A DNA stretch of 64,000 bases from Lophium mytilinum (lineage: Eukaryota): NCBI GenBank assembly GCA_010093605.1, contig MU004191.1, positions 604,816-668,815 on the forward strand, in the 5' to 3' direction. The number at the start of each line of letters is the position of its first letter. The stretch's first letter is position 1. The notes beneath the pieces were generated by a model that did no database searches, was not told where the DNA came from, and saw only the letters and a list, made by a program, of their open reading frames with translations. This document shows, piece by piece, positions 47,600-58,738 of this stretch. The position numbers were made by a program, and so were the translations under genes.

Positions 47600-50249
47600 G
47601 GCGAGACGCGGTGGAGTCGAAAATTAAAGATGCAGGAAGCCGTCCAGGTATGGCCCTCCGCCGTCAGTCCGAAGAGCAGAGGTCGGTCTTGGATGGGCGC
47701 TCGTCCAGGTCTTAGATTGCTGAAACGTCGAGGTAAGGTTTGAGCGAATGGCGTCAGGGAATCAAGGGGGTTGTCCCCGGCGGAGAGTACGATGGCTGTA
47801 GTTAGTAGGCGCAACGGAAAGCGAGTGTGGGGTGAAGTATTAACAATGCATGAGCAAACAAACTACAAGGACAACATGTACAAGAAGAGGTTGACGAGGT
47901 TGACGAAGAGGGGGCTGCCAGCGGAATGCGAGTCTCCGGGGTGGCGGCGAAGGAATGGACGCCGGTCAGGTGTTGGAGGTGGAGTCTTTCACCCCAAACC
48001 CTTTGCGGCGGTCCAGGGGCACACCATGGAGCTCAGCCCTGACATCTGCACGGTATTACTTAGCTTTGGCCCCCTGTTCGAGCCGTCTTTCTGCAGGAAT
48101 CGTTCTTTTTGGGCCGTCTTCTCCGGGGTAGCGCGCAAATGAAACCCACTGACTGAGGCGCTAGACCGATGGTGGTTTGGATAGCTCGTATTAGCACTTT
48201 TTCACGTTCATCTTACGCGAACCGCTTGCCGCTTTGTGCCTTGGGCTGCATCTGTGCGGCACGGGAGCCGAGCGAACACGACAGCTAGACCTGCATAGGC
48301 AAGGCGCCCTGTCAAAAGAACCCAAGTCGTACAAAAATAGACTGAACCTCACCACCATCAGACCCTCTGAGGGATGCCTATATACAGCCAGGGACATCGC
48401 GAATCATGGGTACGGTACTCTCAAAATCCTCTCAACCAACTTCCTCATCATGGAAAGGCGTCCAGCTGCCAACGGAAGTCTTCTGAGATGGTTCGACGAA
48501 TACGAGACCCGTTCCTCGGTCCGAACGCCTTGGGAACCGTCAGATCCCACCTGCCTCTTGCACCAATAGTATGCCCGTCTCAGCGTATAGAGAAATCCTT
48601 CATCACGCATAAGCAGTACGAGTTTGAGCTTCTGCGCCTATATTGCTCATTAGTAGTCTACGAACTGGACTCCTATGTTTCCTAATGCTATCGAGCTGGC
48701 ACCCAGAACTTTGAAAACAAGTCAAGTCTCCCGAAAAACTCTCCGAATCAACTCTCCATTGATGCCCATCCTCCTTCTAAGCTGCGGATCTAGGATGTGG
48801 ACAGCCAAATCATCATCAATCCAGAGTGCTACGAGCCTATACGTGTACGCATATTGACCCTTCTTCAGCCCTGTGTGTCGTTGCAAGTCACACTACGCAA
48901 CGTTGGCTGCAAGACATCTGACAGCTGTGACAGTCACGTAGGGACCTAGCAGCATTCTTGTACACTCGTCTGTCGCATCACACTTAGCAGCTTGTCGTTT
49001 AAAGTACTCACGTTACGCAGGTCATCAGCAGTCTTCCATCCCACCACGTCAAGGATTATTGTACCACCCCGCTCCCACTCACCATCTTGCCATATCACCA
49101 CTGTGAATTGCCAACGCACTCTTCCTCTCTTCTTCTTCTTCTTTCTCACGGTACTGCTGTAGAAGACGTTGAGATGCAGTGCACGCCGGTTGGGATACCG
49201 AGTTTGAAGGATTCGCGCGCACCTCATTCTCAGCGTCGAGCAACATGCACTTTACATCTGTAAACTCAGATCATCGCCCCGGAACCTCTACCTTCAGATA
49301 TCTTCTATACGGCCACTATAAGTTCTTGTCCAGTAGCAGGCCGATGACGCTGACGAGTTCTATTGGGCATGTAGAGCTCAAGCCGGATTCCGCGTCGCAA
49401 ACATGGAAAGCACACATCTCTGAATACGTCGTTGCTATGTCGTTGGTTCCAGCACCCGTAGGTGAACTTCATTGGCTCAGTCCGAGTGATCCGGGAGGGT
49501 TTATTATCGCCAATCATAAGCACCGATTTCCAACGACAGTGCTTCTAAACTTAGGTTTGTACAAGTCCCCGTCCCCTAAAACCTCGTCCTTCTCCTCCTA
49601 CTTCGGAGATCTTTTATCTGGTTTCATATTTCCTCTCTCCTTCAACAGTAGCTGGAACCTATTACTGGTATTTGCGCGTTTGCTAGTCCTCAGAAAGCGG
49701 AGGAACATCTCCTGCCATCAGTAATCGCTGGCATGCCGCAGCCTCTGATCGACCATCCGGTGTGACGTCGACTGCTACGTGCATGAGCATACTGACAGCA
49801 CTACTATTTCCACGACTCTATAGGTTGAATCAGCCAACACACAGCTCAGCCCTACCAACACGTTGATATAAGACTTCCCCTAAATGTTTATTCTGAACAA
49901 TGCCAGAATACGGGAGCTCACGCAAGAACCCGCACCAAGAAAGAGAACACCCCAGCTGACAACAAAAACATCAACTCAATATTAGATCAATCATCCGTCT
50001 CTTTCTTCTGGTCTCCAGCAACTTTGTCTCCTTCAAACTTACTATCGCAGCAGGTCAAACAATTTTTCCTCGTATTATAGCGACCTTCGTGGACTTTTAG
50101 GTTTCTTCTGTATTCTCTATCATCATTCATCACATTGACTACTCCGTCCAGCTGCTCCACAACATCGAAAGCCAAAGCAAGGCCCCAAACCAACGCAAAC
50201 ACGACTTCAACCATTCTGTTCTAGCCCCTTCCCCCACAAGCCGTTCCCA

Positions 50250-50510
50250 ATGTGCCAATCCTACGAATACATCTATGACTGCGGTCACACCGAGGTCAAG
50301 GAGGGCCAGTACTGCAGCCGCCTGTACCAGCAACTAAGACGCATCGACCGTCCGCACGATCCACGCTCTGTCCCGTTTCAAGACACTTGCCGGCCAATAC
50401 CTTATCGTGCCCGTGGTGATTGCTACACTTGTAAGCTGAGGGCGTATGGACGAGAGCGAGGCTGGACCTACCAAGAGCCGAATCCACGAGAGCCGAGAAG
50501 ATGGACCTGA
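50250..50510 (+). CDS. Small Cys/His-rich protein (MC...CGH...C...C...CxxC), 86 aa
   Basis: ATG ORF MCQSYEYIYDCGH...YC...TC...CYTC, a pattern seen in small fungal proteins and suggestive of zinc binding. Confidence 0.65.
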   Translation: MCQSYEYIYDCGHTEVKEGQYCSRLYQQLRRIDRPHDPRSVPFQDTCRPIPYRARGDCYTCKLRAYGRERGWTYQEPNPREPRRWT

Positions 50511-51169
50511 AGTCGTGGCATGCAAGGCTGTAGAGAAGAGAGTTGTAAAGGGAGAGAGTTAAGTTACGAAAGTTTTCTGTCGAATTACCTTAGCGACGCT
50601 GGATTATGTTGTCGTAACGAGAGAGGCACGGAGATAGATGGTAAGAAGGAGGTAGAGAGCTCGTCGGATCTTGTACACTACGTTTGATGGAAGGAGAGGG
50701 AGGGAGCTGCCTACGTCTGTTACTCAGCAACTGGCGATGATACCACGACCTGTTTCGACTCTGCGCTTCTAGTCTACGTTCTCATGTAATTTCTATGAAA
50801 GAACCCTATGTAGCCTCTGTACCCTACCTTTCGCCCTACCAACTGGCTCTCCCTCGCCCACACAAACCCTACCAGAGCTCCGTCGTCCTATCCCCACACC
50901 CCTGATAGTGAGCCCACACAACATGCTTCCCGCCTTCTCAACAACCCCCCATAAACCCAAAAACCTAACCTCCGCACTCCTTTCCCCACCTCCCTCCAGC
51001 TGAACCTCCACGCACCCCCCGATCTCCGCTGCTGCAAACACCCGGCCCGCCGATGCACCACGTGGGCGGTCCCACCCAGCTTGATGCAGTATAGCCAACA
51101 GAGCCGCATGTGCACATCCGTTTGCTACTGCCCGCAGTTCCCCCATTTACTCAGGAAAAATTTGGCTTT

Positions 51170-51985
51170 GATATGAAGTTTCAAACACTGCAAATCAGAC
51201 TGCTCCTTACCTCGTTGCCTATGTCCAACCTTAGGTTCTCCTCCCAGCGGTATCCGTTTCGCAAGGGTGGAGTGGAGAAGCGATGATATCCGTGCGCGTG
51301 CCCAGTGGGCAGCGGAAAGTTTGCTACACTCGAGAGCTGGGTTGCACACCAGTCCGCCACTGCTTGGGGCACCCCATATGACTCCGAAAACTCAAGGGCG
51401 ATGTTGAGTTTCGAGCGGTTTGGATCAGGCTACCGATTGACTGGGTAGCTGCGTACTTACCAGGCTACCCCTTGCGGTAGCGTCCGGTAAGCACACAGGT
51501 TGGCTAAGTCGTGAGAGATCAGTGCGTGGTGTAAAAGGAGTGGGCACGCACACTAGTCCGCCACTAATTGGGGGACCCCAAAGGACTCTGAATGTTTGAG
51601 GGCGATGTTGAGTTTCCAAGGATTTAGATCCAGCTACCTCTTGACTGAGTAGCTGCTTACTACCTAGGCCACCCCTTACGGTAGCAACCGGTGAGCAGAC
51701 AAGTTGGCTAAGTAGTGAGGAATTAGTGTGTAGTATAAAAGGAGTGGGCAAGCAGACGACGTATTGGAAAGAGGGGTCCCCCACAGGATCTTGAAAACTC
51801 AAGCGCGATGTCCATGTTTCGAGCGGTTTAGATCAGGCTGCTTCTTGACTGAGTAGCTGTTCAGTAACCAGGCTCCCCCTAACAGTAGCATCCGGTGCGC
51901 ACACAAGTTGGCTAAGCAGTGAGAAACCGGTGCGTGGTGTGAAAGACGCGGGCAAGCAGACGATGCATAGGAAAGGGTTGGTATA
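51170..51985. repeat. Diverged tandem array, 204-bp period, three clear copies plus one degenerate upstream copy
   Basis: Homologous blocks (GCGATGT..GTTTC, TTGACTG.GTAGCTG, GTTGGCTAAG..GTGAG) recur. Hairpin 5' arms start at 51428, 51632 and 51836. Confidence 0.88.
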
Positions 51986-52162
51986 AATGCTGGAAAAGAC
52001 AGATGTTATTGCTTCTTCCAGCTAAAGTCTACGCTCAATAACTCCGATGCACTCGGTCGCAAAAACGCAATGTTAAAAGGCAAAAGTGCCGCCTCCCTTC
52101 CTCCCATGCCTTTACCGCCAGGAATATAGTATACAAAGCATCCCATGGCTGCCCTCTCCACT

Positions 52163-55100
52163 CTACTCCCGCCTCCGCCTCGCAGCCTCGCCCTGCTTCC
52201 GCCACTGATTCTCCAGATACTCCGTTTCTCGTTGCCAGCTCGGCTTCTCCGCCTCCCTACGCTCGTACTCCTCCCGCTCCTGCATCCGCCGCTCCTCCAT
52301 CTCCCGGTCGCTCTCCCGCCGCTCCGGCGCGGGCGCTAACGGCTGCGAGTGCGTTAAAGAGTGAGAGTGAGAGTGCCCGTGCCCGTACGGATTCCCGGGA
52401 CCATGCTGCGGTTGTCTGTAGTGAGCTTGGGGTTGGGGCTGGTGTTGCGCTTGAGCTTGAGCTTGAGCTTGAGCTTGAGCATGGTGCTGTGCTTGTTGTT
52501 GCTGTGCTTGCTGGTGATGCGCATGCTGTTGCTGGTATCCCTGCGCCTGTCCCTGCGGCGGACCATAAGGAGAGATCGGTGGGGGGATGTGGCTCAGCGA
52601 GTGTCGATGCGGCGCGGGGGGCGCAGGAGCCAGCGGCGGCGGCCCGCCTGATGAGGGACGCTGGATCATGTTCATGGCCCGCGGGTCCTGCGGCTGGGTG
52701 GGCGGGTACGCGGAGCGGTACATCTGCTGCGGCGCTGGTGCTCGGGTATGGCTCATCGACGGCGTGGGCGCGGGGGCAAGCAGCGGCATTGAGTTGCGGC
52801 CGCCGCCCGAGGGGAGCGCGGTGAGGCCGCTGCTGACACCGAGGGAGGGGGTGTGGGTATGGGAGTAGGACATGGGACTTGAGTAGGCGGAGAGGGAAGG
52901 AGAATGCATGCTGGCGTCGTGGTGAAGCTGATGGCCGCTGGCTCGCGCTTCCGCGGCCTTACGCTCCGCAGCGCGCGCTTTGCGTTCTGCCCACCAGATT
53001 GTCATACTCTGGCTACGCTTCTCGGACTTGACGCGCTGTTTGCGCTTCTTGTCCGAGTTGCTGCCGTTTGGGGTTGTGGGTTCTTCGATGTAGTTGGAGC
53101 CATACTGGGAGAGGGGCGTGGTGGTGATATATTGCTCGGCCGTGGCAGTTATGGGTGTTGAGCCTAGGATAGAGTCTGAGGGTGGAGCTGTGGCTGGCTG
53201 GGGCGCGGCCTGGAAGACCGTCGACGAGGGAGGCATGACTATATGACTGGGTGCAGCAACAGGTGTTGGTGCTCGGATCAGGGGCTCGACTGCGAACTGG
53301 TTTTGGCCTTGACTCAAGCTTTCCAATGTCATCGGTTTTGACTTTTGGGAGCCGCCGAAGGTGCCTTTCCGTGGGCCCTTCTTGATGCCTGCGTCACTTC
53401 TCTTTTGTAAGTTCTTGCTTCCAGGTGGTCGCCCTCGTCGTTTCGACGATTGGCTATTGGGTGCAGGACTTCCGTCATCCCCGGAGTCGCCAGAGCTATT
53501 CATGATACTCTCACCTCTCATCTCGCGGATCCGCTGCGGAAGCAACTGGCCTTCTGTCTTAGGCCTTTTCCCTCGTCTTTCGACCTCTGGAGTCTGAGAG
53601 CCTGTGATGGCACTGACGCCTCTCTTCCGTGCACCGCCCCAGCCAAATCGACGAGGGGGTGTCTCGGTCCCATTCCCTGTTTCTGTGCCGTCGAATCGTT
53701 GAACAGCTCGCCGCCTCCTCTTTCCTGCTCTTCCGCCCTCTTCTTCATCTTCGTCTTCCTCACTAGCAGCGGCCGAGCCGAGCATATCGCGCGCCGCTCG
53801 ACGTTGCCGCAACTCACGTCCTCCAACATAATCACGTCCGAGACGTTGAAGGAATGGATCCTGCGTTCCAGGCGCCCGTTTCGGGTCGTAAATGTAATTG
53901 TAGAGCTCTGCTTCTTTCATGTCTTCAAACACTAATGGGTCAATTGGGATGCGACCGCCCGTGGCCGGCTTCTTTGGGGGATGAGCATGGGGCGCGGTCT
54001 TTCGACTAGTTAGCTATGTCCACATTTCTTTTGAGTATTGAAATGGAGCTTGAATGATAACTTACCCTGTCGTCGAGCATGAGGAACTCTTCCTGAAAGG
54101 TCCTTAAGATCTCAAAGGTTCTCTCTGCTACCGCTTGCAGAACTTTGGTGGGTCGGGTTGCAGGATCAGATTTCGTGAGGAAAGAAGTGATATCCTGTAC
54201 AGGACGTAATGCTTGAAACCTCTTCTTGTGAATTTCGTCCGCCTTATCCTCATAGACCCTTTCGTCCGCCGGCCACTCGTCTAAGAATGCTGTTGGCAAG
54301 TCGCTTTCTGAAAGGTCTTCGTCGATAATCTCCTTCCAATGTGCTGATTGACTTCCCGCAGGAGTTGCGCTTCCAGAACCCCCTCGTACCGTCGGAGCGA
54401 CACTCTCTTTCCGTGGAAATGGTTCCAGCCTCTGCGTCAAATCGGCTATTGACAAATCACTATTTTGCTTTTTCATGCTTGGAGCTGGCGATGCTTTGGA
54501 AGATGTTGTGGCTGGTTCGACGTGTATGGCAATTTCCGGCTCGACATCCAGTTGGTCTGGCCGATCTAGCATCTCTGCATCGTCATCCCCAGAGCCATTA
54601 GCGCTGGCTTCGGGAGATTCATCATCGTCCATTTCCTCATCAACATCGGCGAGCGGAAATGTTGGGGCAGCAATTCGAGTGGGCCGGGCCTTTCTTGGAG
54701 AGATGGTATTCTTGATCCTGCCGCCTCTACCGCCTCTTCCTCCTCGTCTTCCACCGCGCCCGCCGCGTCGCGGAGGCGCCAAATTCACAACCGGCGGCTC
54801 GGGGCTGTCAGACTGGTCAGACTGGTCATCCGAGTCATCTTCCTTCGTTAGTGACGGCGGGTCCGATATCTGATTAGATTTTGTTGAATCGCGCTCGGAA
54901 TTCGATTGTTGCTCCAAGTGCACTTGAAACTCTTCAGTCAGTCCGGAAATGATGAGAATTGGCTTCTTGTAGGTAGCGGCGATCTGGGCGGGTGGTCCTC
55001 CAACAAAGATCTGGTCATATGTAGTGATGTTGGATGAAGAGCGAGTGATTTTGCGGGAAGATGCGCCAAGGTTGCCATTGGACGTGCCATTGACTGTGGA

Positions 55101-55238
55101 CTTTCCATTTGCAATATCTGCTTTGGTGTTGGAGGCGGGCTTTGCTTTGCTTCGTGTCGAAATGCGAGCCGGGCCTACATCGCTCTTGGCGCCCCGTGTT
55201 GCTCCGCCACGTGTAGCTGAATTGGCTTTCGGAGGCAT
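52163..55238 (-). CDS. Large low-complexity, probably nuclear protein with AT-hook and RGG segments, 2 exons
   Basis: ATG 55238 (MPPKANS); intron 54065-53999 (GTAAGT..GCTAAC..AAG) joins the 421-aa and 589-aa ORFs in frame; KRRGRPPGSKN AT-hook; Q/A/H-rich C-terminus. Confidence 0.8.
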
Positions 55239-55759
55239 TATTGAATGAAAGAAGAACCATGAGATATTCAATGGAGCATCAAGAGGCCAGAAAAGAATAA
55301 GAAGAGGATGGAAATGGTAGCTGCAGACGCCAAATTGGTGGTCGTACCCTCGTAGCTCGGAACCATGGAAAGGGTGAGGCTGGGCGATGAATTTGTCGAG
55401 ACAAACGTAAGCTTAGAGCAGCAGGAAAACGAGGAAATAAACAGAGAGATCTGCTGCAGCACCACTGAATAGGGAACTGCAAGGAGAACAGAAGAGAGAG
55501 AGTGATGGACTGCTTGAGAGGAGCGTGATCTTTGTTGCCGCTGATGGATCGAGTTGCGCTCAGAAGCAGAATCTAGCCCGTTGCCAAGCACCAATCACCG
55601 TGCAGCACCAGAGCTAAGCCTATTCAAACCGCATCAATACCGCCTGCAGGCCTGTGGAACGAGGTCATCAAAACACCTTGCACCCCTCACACTGTATATG
55701 CACTCGCTCTTCACGATTGTTTTCTCCACGCAGCAAATCTGAGTATACCCCGCCCATCC

Positions 55760-57350
55760 ATGGCCCCCAAGACAGTCGAGGAGCAGCTCGCCGAGCTTGA
55801 GTTCGAGGCCCAGGCGCCGCCTAAAGCCCCGCCCAAGAGCTCGAGCAAGCCCAAAGCTGCTCGTGGGAGCTCTGAACGCGAGATTGACGCCCTCAAGGAG
55901 CTCGAGGAACTTGAAGCGCTTGAGAAATTCGAACGACCCGAGCCCGCTAGGCCTTCTAGTAGACCAAACACCCCCAAACTTCCCTCGTCGTCCACCACCA
56001 GCAGGAACCGGTCACCGAGAAGGACGGGGATAGCTACGCCCTCGTCTACTGGCTCTACGCGCACGAGCGAAGATAACAAGCAGCAGCATCCACCTCGCAA
56101 ATCGGGAGAGAGCACGCGATCCTTCCATCAAGGTTTCTCCGCAACTGATGAAGAACCAAAGCCCCAGGCAACCCCCGAACCAGAGCCGCCCAAGGCATCC
56201 GGAGGAGGCTGGTGGGGAGGTCTTCTCTCCACTGCCAGTGCGGCAGTCAAGCAGGCGGAGAATGCAGTGAAGGAGATCCAGAAGAACGAGGAGGCTCAAC
56301 GGTGGGCCGAGCAGGTCAAAGGGAACGTTGGGGCACTGCGTGGTATCGGTATGTTCACGTGTGATTTCTAGCTATACGAAGTCTACGGCTCACTGACCAT
56401 AAACTGCAGGAGGAGAACTTCGCTCTCGCGCCATTCCTACCTTCACAAATATCTTGCACACGCTCGCTCCTCCCATCTCTCAGCATGAGCGCCTTCAAAT
56501 CCACATTACCCATGATCTTGTTGGCTACCCCTCACTCGACCCTATAATTTACCAGACCTTCTCTACCGTAATGTCGCAAGTGGAAGGTGGTGATCTCCTT
56601 GTAATCCAACGTGGCTCAGAATCCACGCATCGCCGTGCCTCAGACGCAGGGTACACTGGAGGCTCGAGCGGATGGAATGATGGCCCGTGGTGGCGTCAAG
56701 CCGACAAGCGGGATCTGAGTGTTGTGAAAGGACTCGTCGAGGGCACAAAGCTCGCGCGGGTGAGCGCAGAAGCCTACGCAACTGATTTCTTTGCGCCAAA
56801 GGGAGGTGTTGAGGAGGCTGCGAAGCAAGCGACTGAGATCCTTAGCGAGAGCAATCCCGTTCGAAGCAGCGATATCTTCCTCAGCTTGCAAGCAATTAGC
56901 TACCCCGTGCTCGAGGACCTGTTCGGCGGATCAGTTTCTGCTGACGCCGAGAAGACTGGAGGAGTGGAAGAGCCGAAAGAATGCGACGACCTAGTGGCGT
57001 TTGCCATCTATCTCCACGACCCTATTCACAGTATCACTTTCAAAACCCTCTCTCAGGGATTTCCACTTAAGTGGGTCGAATGGGTAGATGCTCATGTGCC
57101 TCCAACCGAAGCCGGCCAGGAGCAGCAGCTGCCGGAAGAGATAATGGAGATCATCCAGAGTGGTGGTGTTGACCCGCGAGAGTGGGTTGCCGACTGGATG
57201 GAAGAGGTTATTAATCTGAGTGTAGGCGTCATTGCGCAGAGGTATGTTGCACGGAGAATGGGAGTCGGTGAAGGAGGCATTGGAAGAGGAAAGGCTAGGG
57301 AGATGGTCGTTGAAGCGGGCGGAGGAGAGGCTGCAAGGGCTGGTCTTTAA
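55760..57350 (+). CDS. MTC1: Maintenance of telomere capping protein 1 family, 2 exons
   Basis: GGGWWGGLLSTASAAVKQAE; LAPPISQHERLQIHITHDLVGYPSLD; GVIAQRYVARRM. Intron ~56350-56409. Confidence 0.82.
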
Positions 57351-57796
57351 GTGTGTTTTTTCTGGTGGTGTATCTGTTCATTCACGGCGCAAAGGCGTGT
57401 GTTTGGGTTATTTTACGAGAGAATCTCCTGGCTTGGAGTTGCGATATCATGGGTTTCAATCGAGCTCTTTTAGTCCTCTCCGAATGCATACCAAATCACT
57501 AATTAGACACAATCTATCTTGCTTGCAAAGCATTCGATGGAGAGCTCCGCCCTAACAAGGCCGAATCGCCTTTATATAGGCAAACTGACACCCTTCGCGC
57601 AGGTAACAAAGATCTGTGAAAACGCTTCTCATAACACATAAGTAATCCCTCTACGCCGCAGCAAGGCTGACCTATGAACGCCATTCCCGTGTGTTCCATT
57701 CGTGATACTCCCTGGGTATAAGGTATCAATCCACACTTCCAGACCCCCGCTCGCACTCTCCATTCCCATGCAACACATTTGACTCTCCCACTATCC

Positions 57797-58123
57797 TTAT
57801 GCTGTCATCTTCTTGTCTTTCTTCCTATCCCCGCCAATCCTCCCCTCCCTCTTCCCGCCCTTCAAAAGCTCCAAATGCCCCGCCTTCTCCGCCAGATTTT
57901 TCTCCGTCATCGACGAGAGCCCCGCTGAACCCTTCTTCATGATATTTCGTTGTGAGATGAGCTTCGCTTTCTTGGGCTTGATAACCCGGTTGCCGGTCTT
58001 GGGACCGAATGATTTCGTTCTAGAAAGAAAATGTGAGCTTTTGGAGGGTTGTGGAATTGTGTGGAGTGCGGACTTTTTGGAGGTGGAGATTTTGTGCGGG
58101 TTCTTCACTGCGCCTTGTGCCAT
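57797..58123 (-). CDS. UPF0390/DUF2462 small basic protein
   Basis: MAQG start; GPKTG.RVIKPKK; TEKNLAEKAGHLELLKGG. Probable 54-nt intron 58073-58020. Confidence 0.8.
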   Translation of the reverse strand: MAQGAVKNPHKISTSKKSALHTIPQPSKSSHFLSRTKSFGPKTGNRVIKPKKAKLISQRNIMKKGSAGLSSMTEKNLAEKAGHLELLKGGKREGRIGGDRKKDKKMTA

Positions 58124-58738
58124 GACAGCGGTTAGGACAGATGTGATCTTAGAAGAGAGAATCGCTGGGGCTTGAGTGGTGTTGAGGAGATTCGGAATAT
58201 TGGGGTCAAAATTTAGAGATGCTTGGCAAAACTCTCCGCGATTTAAAAGTGGGGCATGTCCGTTTTAGCCGCAGGACCTCGACGTCTCCCTTGTCCCAGC
58301 TCTTAATTGACCAACTCAAAACCCCTGTTCTCGCAATATCCCGGAAACATTCACAGCTTGCCCGTTAGTTGAATTTGGCCCTGGTGGAGTTTCAATCTAT
58401 CATTGATTATGATGCTTGCGCGGCCGACGGTGCCTTGCACGCAATCCCGGGCCCAGGTCATCGAGGAGGGGATTGTGGATTTAACCTGTGTATATACCCG
58501 GGATCGTTGTATGAACCTGTATGAGAGATGAGATCCCCCGACTGGATTCCCCCGAACGTGCTTCCTCGAATGTGGAGAGCATGCTGAGAGCTTCGGAGGA
58601 GATCAATGCGGTTTGGTGGATACCCCTTCCTAGGAATGGGTAGAAATGTATATCACGGGAACCACTCCCCGGAGTTGGAGGGGTGATTCCTAATCGCGTT
58701 ATGTCACTATAAACATTGTATATCTTGTCTTTTTCATT

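Noticed and set aside
49179..49724. 181-aa ORF
   Set aside because: GTG start, no motif and unremarkable composition; cannot be supported as a gene.
51170..51985. CRISPR array or hammerhead ribozymes
   Set aside because: Eukaryotic context, units homologous along their length with no unique spacers, and no CUGANGA core (- strand has CTGATCC/CTGATCT).
52449..52480. (GCTTGA)5 microsatellite
   Set aside because: Simply encodes the QAQAQA tract of the 52163-55238 gene.
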